Source of the DNA: a virus
IMG/VR virus record: IMGVR_UViG_3300009421_000008
Span: 1-44,283 of that record
Direction: 5' to 3' (one strand)
DNA length: 44,283 bases
This document shows, one piece after another, positions 1-8,595 of the stretch. Within the stretch, counting starts at the first letter, position 1. The number at the start of each line of letters is the position of its first letter. Position numbers and translations under genes: made by a program. Under the pieces are notes generated by a model. The model worked only from the letters and a program-made list of their open reading frames with translations. It had not been told where the DNA came from and made no database searches.

Positions 1-123
1 GACTCTTCCCAAGCTGACTGAAGGTCAGCGTGAAAATCGAAGCCAACTAGCAGATTGTGGGTCTGCTGATTCTCAGTTGATGCTCTATAAGAATCTGCCG
101 CAGTCTGACCAACAAGCCTGGCA
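1..123. repeat. Terminal direct repeat, copy 1 (identical to 44161..44283); assembly or circularisation overlap
   Basis: Base-by-base comparison: gactcttcccaagctgactg...aacaagcctggca occurs at both window ends (123/123 identical). Confidence 0.95.
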
Positions 124-2180
124 ACGACAGACGACGAAGCAGCGGCGGTCGCCAGGTTGTAGTGGAACCTGTTTCGCTCGCCACTCCATCGCCATGCGAC
201 ATTCATGACAGTGAGAATATTTCCATAGACTAAGTTGTCCGCGCCCATCCGAATCGAGATGTGCGATGTCTGACCGTCTTCAAACCAGTTGTAGCGGATG
301 ATGTTGGCGTCAGATTTAACGGTAATGATTTCGCCGTCCGCTCGACTATCGAAGTAGTTCCACTCAACAATCGCACCGGCTTGATCGTCAAGCGTTTCGC
401 TGATAGCGTGACCGTAACCTAAAGCAATAGGCGATCCAGAGTTGCCGCCAGGATTAGGCCCAGGTCTTACGAAGCTATTGTGATGATAGTGATTGCGCTT
501 TGTGACAGCTACAAACTCTGGCGTCAGAGGATTAGTGTCAGGCTGGATAAAGCAAGTACCGTCATTGTCAACGCAATTGTTGTTGGCAATCTCAGTATCG
601 TCACCATAAAAAGCGATACCGTAAGAAGTCATTGCGTCTATTCGGTTGCGAACGAACTTGCAGTGATTTCCTTCAAATCGAACTGAATGATGAAGCCCAC
701 CACAGCCATCCAGATCCATACCGCGCATGACAATGTAGTCAGGAAATATCCTAATATACATTGTGCCGGTGAACTTCACGCCCTCAAGTGTTTGAGGCAA
801 AACATATATCCGATTGGTTGCAGTCCCATCGGCACCATTACACACGACGTTACCCCAATCGGTGTAGGTGCCGTCCTGAACTCTGATGCAGCCACCTGGC
901 GCAATTGTCGAGAAAGCGGCTGCAAATTCCGATTCGTTAGTAACTAGAATTTCTTGGGAGAACGTTGCCGGAATCTCGTTGCCTGAATCGGCTTGAACGC
1001 CAAACAACTGGCGATAAACATCAAGCGGTTTCAGCACGACTTCTGTAAAAGTGGCCGCTTTGGTCGGGAGCCCTGGCAGCGAATGTACAGCTAAGCCGTC
1101 GCTTACCACTCGCTCAATCTGAGCGTCAGTCAAATGATCTGGCGTGTAAAGCATCCGCCGAATAGATAATCGATTACCTGAGTTTGCTGGTATTCCAAAT
1201 CGGAATGTAGACCAAACTGGCAAGGCTCCATCGGAGTCCTTTACCTCAACCGCTCCTGACCTCAGCAAAAAATCATCTGTTTTCAGCCTAAGCCCTATAA
1301 CCTCGCGCTGATCAGCAACTAGATTTGCGCTTGACAGGCTGGCTTGTGCCGCATTACCTGACTTTACATATAGATGTCGTTTGCTACTGACGGGGTATAA
1401 GATCAACTGATCTTGTGCAGCACCGTTGGCGCTATAGGCGTCCATGACTCTATCAAGAGTAGAAGTTGTAATCGTCCCAGCTTCCACTTCAAAGAAGAAC
1501 GTACCGCCAGCCGACTCATACCAGTCGCCGGGTAGTAGTGTAAACCGCTGCCCGCTGGCCGTTCCATCTAGCAAAGCGCCTTTATTGGTCTCATCAGGAA
1601 CCGGGAACCCGTCTGCATCTGTGTTGTCCCAATCGCTTGATGGCAATTCTCTACCGCCAACAATCGCCATACGTGACGGGCCAGCAACTGCTGTGTTGTT
1701 GCCTGCATAATCGCCAAACGCTGTAGAAGCGGTGTTGCCATTAAACGTTAAGTCAGGATGATCTGTAACGTCAGGGTGTCCAAAATCAAGCGCCAAGTCC
1801 CATGCGATCTGATTGACAGTAACGTCAACCTCCAGCGTTATTGAGTCGCCTTCACTTAATGTAGCTCGAACAACATAGCTGATGTCTCCAAGTAAATAGT
1901 CAACGCCAGCAGAGCTGTCAACCGTCACATCAGCAGTCGCGCCGTTGTCCGTCAGGTTGAATACAGCACCGCCCGTCTCCAGCGACCACCCCGTAACCGT
2001 CACGCCATTAGGCAGATTCCCTACGCTGTGCTTTGCAACCGCATCGCCTGACTCTGATAGCGCGGTGATGGGTTGCAGGTTGGCGGTGAGGATTGAAGGC
2101 AGCAATATAATTTCCTTGCGAAGCCTGAACCGAACATCTACTCCAACACCAACATCGATTCTGTTTGACACGCCAACCAT
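1..2180 (-). CDS. Tailspike-like polysaccharide lyase (PL6 / chondroitinase-B-like beta-helix), 5' portion. The ORF continues across the junction into 43869..44160, 823 aa in total.
   Basis: ATG at 2180 overlaps the upstream stop (TAATG). I checked every codon of this minus frame from 2180 to 1 and found no stop. N-terminal PL6-like signature EILVTNESEFAAAFSTIAPGGCIRVQDGTYTDWG (about 861-953). Core GEIITVKSDANIIRYNWFEDGQTSHISIRMGADNLVYGN (about 207-336) resembles the PL6 (x)KS..N.i..N.f...g.l.lRhG pattern. Missing from the ORF track because it has no stop inside the window's left edge. Confidence 0.7.
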   Translation of the reverse strand, partial: MVGVSNRIDVGVGVDVRFRLRKEIILLPSILTANLQPITALSESGDAVAKHSVGNLPNGVTVTGWSLETGGAVFNLTDNGATADVTVDSSAGVDYLLGDISYVVRATLSEGDSITLEVDVTVNQIAWDLALDFGHPDVTDHPDLTFNGNTASTAFGDYAGNNTAVAGPSRMAIVGGRELPSSDWDNTDADGFPVPDETNKGALLDGTASGQRFTLLPGDWYESAGGTFFFEVEAGTITTSTLDRVMDAYSANGAAQDQLILYPVSSKRHLYVKSGNAAQASLSSANLVADQREVIGLRLKTDDFLLRSGAVEVKDSDGALPVWSTFRFGIPANSGNRLSIRRMLYTPDHLTDAQIERVVSDGLAVHSLPGLPTKAATFTEVVLKPLDVYRQLFGVQADSGNEIPATFSQEILVTNESEFAAAFSTIAPGGCIRVQDGTYTDWGNVVCNGADGTATNRIYVLPQTLEGVKFTGTMYIRIFPDYIVMRGMDLDGCGGLHHSVRFEGNHCKFVRNRIDAMTSYGIAFYGDDTEIANNNCVDNDGTCFIQPDTNPLTPEFVAVTKRNHYHHNSFVRPGPNPGGNSGSPIALGYGHAISETLDDQAGAIVEWNYFDSRADGEIITVKSDANIIRYNWFEDGQTSHISIRMGADNLVYGNILTVMNVAWRWSGERNRFHYNLATAAASSSVVARLVGQTAADSYRASTENQQTHNLLVGFDFHADLQSAWEE

Positions 2181-2557
2181 TAATTCTGTCCTTTAATAGC
2201 AGAGCCCCAAGCACTGATCTTGCCGTCACTCACAACCAAAGTCACTTGAACAGACCAATCAGAAGTCTCACCGCCTATAATCTGTCTAGCGCGTATGGTA
2301 TGCGTACCTATGCTAACTGCCAATGAGTAGCCCCAATTTCCAGAGTTGTCCACAACGTTTGCATTCTTAATCAGTGCACCGTCGTATTCTAGCTCAATTA
2401 TGGCCCCCGGTGAACCATTTCCTTTGACCAGTATGGTCTGATTATCTAGAGCATCTCCTGACAATCCAGGAGGCAGTAGATCAATGCTAGTAATGCTAGG
2501 GGCCCAGGCATTGCCACCGTACTCATTCAATGCTGGGCTCCAGTCTTTAGTAGGCAT
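2180..2557 (-). CDS. Small Ig-like domain tail or fibre accessory protein
   Basis: 125 aa. The pattern ILVKGNGSPGAIIELEYDGALIKNANVVDNSGNWGYSLAVSIGTHTIRARQI is typical of bacterial Ig-like (Big) domains. It sits between two depolymerase-like genes. Confidence 0.5.
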   Translation of the reverse strand: MPTKDWSPALNEYGGNAWAPSITSIDLLPPGLSGDALDNQTILVKGNGSPGAIIELEYDGALIKNANVVDNSGNWGYSLAVSIGTHTIRARQIIGGETSDWSVQVTLVVSDGKISAWGSAIKGQN

Positions 2558-2565
2558 TTCGTCTC

Positions 2566-5127
2566 CTAAGCCTCGAGCAAAAGCCCGCCTTCGAACTCAA
2601 CCCATGCCCTGCCGTCAGATCTTATAACAGCCTGCCTGACAACGCGATCAATCACCTGGTTGCAGAACAACCCTGCTTGTGATAAAGTAACGTTTTCAGA
2701 AGGAGAACCATAAGTTTGCCTGCCGTTGCTTTTGCCGAATGTCCTCGTATGCGGCACATCATTGTAGTGCGTGATACCAACACACTTCTGGCGACTGGCG
2801 TTACCAATGGCTAGCAAAGTGGTTCTCTTCATGTTGCGAGCAAGAGTGTCGTACCCAGCCTGTCCTTGGTTATCGATAATCCAAGACCCAGTGCCATACT
2901 GGCCGTCCACACCTGTCGTTGCCTCGTGCCCAGTCTCGTTAGCGTGAATAATAATATCCGCAATTTCAGGCCTTCCAAGATGAACAGCGAGCCACTCGAG
3001 CTGGGCGCGATAGCCGTCAATTTCAAACTGCATTCTTGCCGGGTCGTAGTTATACATGTACGGGTGGAAGAACACAACATCGACGTGGTCGATACCGATT
3101 CCACCGGCTCCATCACTAGACAAAGCCCACGCTTGGAAAAACGAGTAAGCAGCGTTGGGGTTAGCAATAGTCTTACCTTGAGAATCGCCTTCCCAACCAC
3201 CGACAGAAACTTTAACGCCGGCCGGCACATTCTCCTTGCACACTCTGCAACCAATAGCTAGCTCGCTGAAAGTGTGTAAGTTAAACGCTCTGGGCGGGTT
3301 TCCAGAGTAGGGGTGGTCCCACCACCTTGATGTGCTGTTCGGTATTACGTCACCAAATTTCTGCTCATTACTATACTCAACCACAGGGTGGCTGTCTACA
3401 GTAAACCCAGCGCCAAACGGCTCTGCGCCAGGGCCATCTACGTCTTTGGGCCTGTAACACCACCTTATATACTCGGCAAGATACTCCCAATTTTCCGGTG
3501 GCATAGGCCCGTAAGGATATGAAGGCCAGCGACCAGCGCCGTGTATCTGCCCATACGAGTTTTCGTTGCCGTACCTGTTTCTAATTTCCTGTTGGTGCGC
3601 AGCCGATACACCCCATTTAGGAGTTAGATACGCAGCCAGAATTTTAGGGCAGCCTCCATTCATCGTCTTGCTTTCTTCTGCCCTGTCGTAATCGTAGTTA
3701 TGCCTACCAGCTTGCGCTATACGACCCCAAACAAAGCCGGCATCATCTAAGTTGCTAGCTGGGAAAGATCCTAGTATCCGAGCGTGAGGCAAAGAGAACC
3801 CAGGCTGCGTGACTGTTGCATACCGATGCCAGCCATTTCCTAGCGGACCGATCTTGTACGGGGTGTCGGTAGGAGACATAAGAACACGCACGGTGTCTGA
3901 CGGTTGGGTCGACGGCACGTAGTTAGGATCTGGGTCTACGTATCCTCCAAACGTTCCAGAGCCGTCTCCCGTGTTGTTTCCGCCGCCAGTGTTTGTATTC
4001 ACGTCGACAAATTGAACACGCTTAATCTTCCTGGGCCCGGGCACGTTGAATATTTGCCCGCTTCCAATTGTCTGGTTTGCTATTCTGTCAGTGGTATTGG
4101 TGTCTGACGTAATGACAACGTCGTAAGAATCTTCCGGTACATTCAGCTGAACAGACTGCCCGGTCAAAAGATCCAAGTATGATACAGACCCGGTCTGGTC
4201 TCTTCCAGACTCGTCGCCCGTGAAAAAGTCCATGCCCCAGACAGATATATCCAGCGAGTCTCCCGTCGCGGCTAGATCAAATGAAAACCAGTTGCTTGCT
4301 ATGTTTCCTACCGTATGAAACCTCTGCCAGTTCGGAGTAGCGGCCAGCACTTGATAGTTGCTGTCAGCTAAGCTTCTGAAGAACACATTTTGGTTAACGC
4401 CTGTATTGCTCTTGATCCAAATATGGTTGGTGTGCTGTCCAGGAGTAAGGCCGGACATTGCGTGTCTCAATCCCACATTTGCGTTACCCGCCGGTACAAC
4501 CATACGCGTAGCAGTTTGATCACCGTTAGGTGACTGCGAATAGTTCTCAGTAAGCGACGGAGCTCCGCCAAGATTTGCCCAAGCCGGAGAGAACCCTACC
4601 TTAGGCGCTGTTGTTACAAGCCCCGGTGTGTAAGCTGATGACGTAGTAAATCGATCGGGATCACTGATAGACGCACCAGGCGGTTCGACGCCCAGCGTGA
4701 AATCAAAGTCAGTGTATTTTGTAGTATCACCATCACCGCCACCGCCGGGATTAGTAGGAGCTTCCCCGCCGCCTGTAGGAGTTCCTACTCCATCTTGCAC
4801 AAACAACGGGCGGCTAGACATGATTGTCTTAACGCCAGAAGAGTCCAAGTGTTCTTCAACATACGTGATAGCTTTTAATTCATCCGCGGCCGTGTAGGTA
4901 TACGAGTCACCTATTTGCCCGGCGACTGTAAATAACCAGCGCCTCCAGTATTTAGTGACGCTCACGGAACCTGAGTAAATAGCATCAGCAGTCACTATAG
5001 CAGAACCCAACCCGTTGTCTTCAATAACTGGCCGGGCTATCATTCTAGGTCCTCTGTTTTCAGACGACGGCCTGCGAAGTATGTTAATTGATTTCAGACT
5101 AAATGTCGTCGGATCTGGTGTAGTCAT
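2566..5127 (-). CDS. Tail-associated glycoside hydrolase-like protein (clan GH-A TIM barrel, C-terminal half)
   Basis: 853 aa. Asn-Glu acid/base-like motif VVEYSNEQ (NE at 3364-3369). Nucleophile-like motif IIIHANETGHE (E at 2935-2937). The spacing fits a 4/7 (beta/alpha)8 hydrolase. The N-terminus has a Gly-rich linker, as in fibre and spike proteins. Confidence 0.5.
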   Translation of the reverse strand: MTTPDPTTFSLKSINILRRPSSENRGPRMIARPVIEDNGLGSAIVTADAIYSGSVSVTKYWRRWLFTVAGQIGDSYTYTAADELKAITYVEEHLDSSGVKTIMSSRPLFVQDGVGTPTGGGEAPTNPGGGGDGDTTKYTDFDFTLGVEPPGASISDPDRFTTSSAYTPGLVTTAPKVGFSPAWANLGGAPSLTENYSQSPNGDQTATRMVVPAGNANVGLRHAMSGLTPGQHTNHIWIKSNTGVNQNVFFRSLADSNYQVLAATPNWQRFHTVGNIASNWFSFDLAATGDSLDISVWGMDFFTGDESGRDQTGSVSYLDLLTGQSVQLNVPEDSYDVVITSDTNTTDRIANQTIGSGQIFNVPGPRKIKRVQFVDVNTNTGGGNNTGDGSGTFGGYVDPDPNYVPSTQPSDTVRVLMSPTDTPYKIGPLGNGWHRYATVTQPGFSLPHARILGSFPASNLDDAGFVWGRIAQAGRHNYDYDRAEESKTMNGGCPKILAAYLTPKWGVSAAHQQEIRNRYGNENSYGQIHGAGRWPSYPYGPMPPENWEYLAEYIRWCYRPKDVDGPGAEPFGAGFTVDSHPVVEYSNEQKFGDVIPNSTSRWWDHPYSGNPPRAFNLHTFSELAIGCRVCKENVPAGVKVSVGGWEGDSQGKTIANPNAAYSFFQAWALSSDGAGGIGIDHVDVVFFHPYMYNYDPARMQFEIDGYRAQLEWLAVHLGRPEIADIIIHANETGHEATTGVDGQYGTGSWIIDNQGQAGYDTLARNMKRTTLLAIGNASRQKCVGITHYNDVPHTRTFGKSNGRQTYGSPSENVTLSQAGLFCNQVIDRVVRQAVIRSDGRAWVEFEGGLLLEA

Positions 5128-5139
5128 TATTAACCCAGG

Positions 5140-8100
5140 TTAAAGTGGTGTAGGTAAAAAAGTCGGCATAGGAGGCGGATTATCAATGAGCTGCTGAACA
5201 CTCATAACCTTGTCCGTACCTACTACTCCCCAAGGCCAATTAGGCCCGTCAGAAGCGCTGTATCCATCTGCCCAAGGCGGCCTTGGACCAACGATAGCTT
5301 TTGTGGGACCAACACTCGTTGCGGTGAAAAACTTGGGGACGGGCGTAAGCGTTTTATATCGTCCATGCCCACCGTCCATAGCTCTGAACGGATAATCTGA
5401 CGGTGGTCGTTGGTTGCCCGGTTTGCTCGATTGGTATTCGTACAGGTCAAAACCTTGGCAGGCCTGCCATTTGACAAGATCTTTATCATTGCCCTCAACC
5501 CAAGCAACAAATCTGAAGTGCCAGCCTTTGAAGCCTGACATAAGCGCCCTGTTCTGGAATGTATAGAAGGGATCTGTCCAAAGTTCTAGCGGCCTATCCT
5601 GGCTAACCTTAAGGAGTGTCAATTCGTTGCCTCGTGCTGGTTGTGGACCTTGGCCGTTAATGTCTGGGCCTTCGTCGTTTAGATCACTGAACCCGCCGCC
5701 GTTAACGTAGCCTTTGCCTCTCTTATCAAAGAAAACTTTGACCCATTCGTTCTGGTTATTGAGGATGAATCCTTCCATGTAGCCCATAACAATAATGGCG
5801 TCACTATGTTGGTTACCACTTTGTTCCCAAAACCAGCTCCAAGGAACGGCAGTATCACAAATGGTATGCAGCGTGCCACCTTGTCTTCCGTACACGGTCG
5901 GGCCGACGCACATTTGTGTTAACGCCGCAGCGGTAGGCGCGTAGGCACTGGCTTTAATGCTTGCCCCAGAAAACCCGGATCCAGTTCTTGAACCCACTCC
6001 GTCGTTATCAAACTGCATATCACCAACAATAGTATCCAACCATTCAGCTTCTGTCATAATCCCATCGTTGGTAGGTGGTGTGACAACTGTTGTTTCAAAG
6101 GGTTCTTCTTCAAATGGTTCTTGGAATCCGTCATTGCCATTGGCAATAGCGAGATTCATAAGAACTGTCATATCCTCGAACGCAATGTTATCACCTGAAT
6201 GAACAAGACGGCCGTCAAAATACCATCTAATTCGGTTGTATTCCCACAAGCACTGTATGTAGTGCTCGTCTTCTATGCCGCCACCAGCTGGGAATTCTAT
6301 TAACTCACTCGGCTGTCTGGTATTAGCTGAGCTATAAACCTGCTCATTCTCATCTGGCAAATGCGTGTTAAGACTTACCTTTCCTCTTTCTTCTGGGCGC
6401 GTGCTAGCGGTTTCAATAATATCTATTTCGGCACTTTCAAGCCCGCTTTCTGGAAGCATCCAAAGAGCAAACCAAACTCCTGGACCCGACATACCAGAAA
6501 CACGAAAACCAAATGACCCATATTTGGTCGAAAACAATCCTCTGAGAGAAAGCAACCCTGACAACCAGGCCAATCCGCTTCTTTTCCATTGGCCAGATTT
6601 AGGGGACGACGTCGAGTACATATACCAAAACGTATTGTCTTCTGCAACTCTTACCCTGTGCTGCCAACCTCTCTGAGAATTAGGCGGGGCAAACCCAGTT
6701 AACGATTGCCGCTCTAAATGAGTCGCGTACGTATGGATAACAGACGTGTCGTTTATGTACAACCTTTCTTGAAGTGTTGCTCTCCTTGCAGAAATATTCA
6801 ACCCTTCAGAATCAAACGTGAACGGGTCGTGTTGTATCTTCGTAGGTGACGGATTAGGAGTGTTCCCCCTGTAGTCAGGTCCTGACACGTAGTCTTGAGC
6901 TTCTTCATTAATGACTGTTGGATACCATCTGGGCTTGTCAATGAACTCAACGCCTCCTGAGGACACCGGCCCTATAATTCCTCTGTTCTGATTTTCAGTG
7001 AAATCCCTGTAGAACAATTCGGCAAAAATGTCGTTGACTGGTATTTGATCCTCATCGGAGCCATTTCCAACGCCTCCTTGTATCTCCATAACAGGAGACC
7101 CAGAACCAGCATTACCACCCATCTTTCCAACTAACCAATTTCCTACGGACACGTCAGTGAAATTGAAAAGTACATTTGGTCCTGCTGAAGGATCTATCGT
7201 CACTGAGCATGCGCCCGTCAATCTATTTCTTACAACAGAAATTTCTACTTCTGTTATTGCGGCGTCTAAGCTAACCCCCGATTCCTCAATAGATTCAGAC
7301 GCCGCGCCGCCGTTATTGACGTACTTAACTACTTGTGTCTGCCACGAATCTGTGTTGCTACCCCGACTTATTTTAATCGATAGCCCAGAAGCATTTGGCG
7401 CCCCGTTGTACAGGCTAAACTCGGCGTTAGTTGCCTCAAATTGCAACTCCATCCAAAATGCGTTGTTGTTAATAGACGACCATTTAATTTTGTGGTTGAA
7501 CGAATCAACGTCTAACTCTGCAGATACGTGGGCAGCGCCGTAATTCGTATTGTTGATCATGGCAAGACCACCACCGGCTAACCTCTTAATATTCTCTGAC
7601 CGATACTTCAAGCCGGCGGGCGCAGACGGTTGCGGAGGTTGATCGTTGACGTTATCACTGGCTAGAATTTCGCTACTAAACTCTTCTACAATCTCAGCTG
7701 CTGGCAAATCTGCAGACTCAAGTATCACCTCAGATGAGTAATAGCTAACACCTCCGACAACATCTTCGGCTTTCAACCGGCCTTTGAAATCAGCGATAGT
7801 CCCAATGAATGTTCTATCGGTTGGATACATGCGTTTGCCGTTTACAACCCACCAAGACTTTTCAATGGGGGACCTTAGCCCGGGAGTGTAAGACATTTGG
7901 CTACGAACTTTGCCGGCCCCAGAAATAGTAGGAGCCAGAGGATCGGACGAAACACCGCCGCCGGTACCGTTGACGTCAAATGGCGGCAGCTCTATAACTC
8001 TCGGGTCCCGAGCAATTCTAGTAAACGTTTCAACGCCGCCGGGAAGCGCGACCACGTACATCCTAATTTCATCGCCGGTTTGTAGCACCGGCCCGCCGGT

Positions 8101-8595
8101 TACTGGGAGCTCAACGAATATAACAGCTTCTTGTTGGCCGGTGTCTGGGTTTAGTTCAAGAGTGTCTTGAAATTTAGCGCCAGTTATTCTTGCAATGAGG
8201 TCTCCAGCCATGAAGGTGCCGTCGTCTGGAGGATACCAAATCTGAACTTCACAGTCATCAACTCCTTTTGCCGACGCGTCTGTGAACATTTTTCCGTATA
8301 GGCCAAAAAGCTGCTGTTCAACGACATTGGAATAGCCAGACACTCCGCTTGAATTGGAGGCATTAACTCGGAATTGATAAATTGTCTTTGGTAGAAGCAG
8401 GTTTATGGACGCAAACGCAAAATTAGCGTCCACTGCAACAGGAACCCAAGATGACCAGTTTCCAGTAGATGTTTTATACCTACGCTCAAGCGTGAACCCG
8501 GTTTCGTCTGACGAATTATCCTGCCAAGTCAAATTTACACTTTGGCTTGAATAGCTGGAAATTGCTAGATTAGAAGGGGCTAAGGGAACTGGCAT
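5140..8595 (-). CDS. Large tail fibre/spike protein with an N-terminal FN3 domain and an internal GH16 (laminarinase/agarase-type) domain
   Basis: 1151 aa. FN3: APSNLAISSYSSQSVNLTWQDNSSDETGFTLERR...YQFRVNASNSSG. GH16 catalytic motif EIDIIE (6412-6429) preceded by GVWFALWMLPE and followed by WYFDGRLV. Confidence 0.7.
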   Translation of the reverse strand: MPVPLAPSNLAISSYSSQSVNLTWQDNSSDETGFTLERRYKTSTGNWSSWVPVAVDANFAFASINLLLPKTIYQFRVNASNSSGVSGYSNVVEQQLFGLYGKMFTDASAKGVDDCEVQIWYPPDDGTFMAGDLIARITGAKFQDTLELNPDTGQQEAVIFVELPVTGGPVLQTGDEIRMYVVALPGGVETFTRIARDPRVIELPPFDVNGTGGGVSSDPLAPTISGAGKVRSQMSYTPGLRSPIEKSWWVVNGKRMYPTDRTFIGTIADFKGRLKAEDVVGGVSYYSSEVILESADLPAAEIVEEFSSEILASDNVNDQPPQPSAPAGLKYRSENIKRLAGGGLAMINNTNYGAAHVSAELDVDSFNHKIKWSSINNNAFWMELQFEATNAEFSLYNGAPNASGLSIKISRGSNTDSWQTQVVKYVNNGGAASESIEESGVSLDAAITEVEISVVRNRLTGACSVTIDPSAGPNVLFNFTDVSVGNWLVGKMGGNAGSGSPVMEIQGGVGNGSDEDQIPVNDIFAELFYRDFTENQNRGIIGPVSSGGVEFIDKPRWYPTVINEEAQDYVSGPDYRGNTPNPSPTKIQHDPFTFDSEGLNISARRATLQERLYINDTSVIHTYATHLERQSLTGFAPPNSQRGWQHRVRVAEDNTFWYMYSTSSPKSGQWKRSGLAWLSGLLSLRGLFSTKYGSFGFRVSGMSGPGVWFALWMLPESGLESAEIDIIETASTRPEERGKVSLNTHLPDENEQVYSSANTRQPSELIEFPAGGGIEDEHYIQCLWEYNRIRWYFDGRLVHSGDNIAFEDMTVLMNLAIANGNDGFQEPFEEEPFETTVVTPPTNDGIMTEAEWLDTIVGDMQFDNDGVGSRTGSGFSGASIKASAYAPTAAALTQMCVGPTVYGRQGGTLHTICDTAVPWSWFWEQSGNQHSDAIIVMGYMEGFILNNQNEWVKVFFDKRGKGYVNGGGFSDLNDEGPDINGQGPQPARGNELTLLKVSQDRPLELWTDPFYTFQNRALMSGFKGWHFRFVAWVEGNDKDLVKWQACQGFDLYEYQSSKPGNQRPPSDYPFRAMDGGHGRYKTLTPVPKFFTATSVGPTKAIVGPRPPWADGYSASDGPNWPWGVVGTDKVMSVQQLIDNPPPMPTFLPTPL

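Noticed and set aside
1-123. Reading the 123-bp end duplication as a biological direct terminal repeat marking the virion DNA ends
   Set aside because: The repeat sits in the middle of a large coding sequence. The HNH + P27-like TerS arrangement points to a cos site near 24.2 kb instead. An assembly overlap is the simpler explanation.
480-2196. Plus-strand track ORFs 480..686, 687..947, 1444..1710 and 1945..2196, plus the minus-strand ORF 2008..2229
   Set aside because: All lie inside, and antisense to or out of frame with, the uninterrupted 823-aa minus-strand tailspike ORF. They have no RBS context and their translations are compositionally odd, so I treat them as shadow ORFs.
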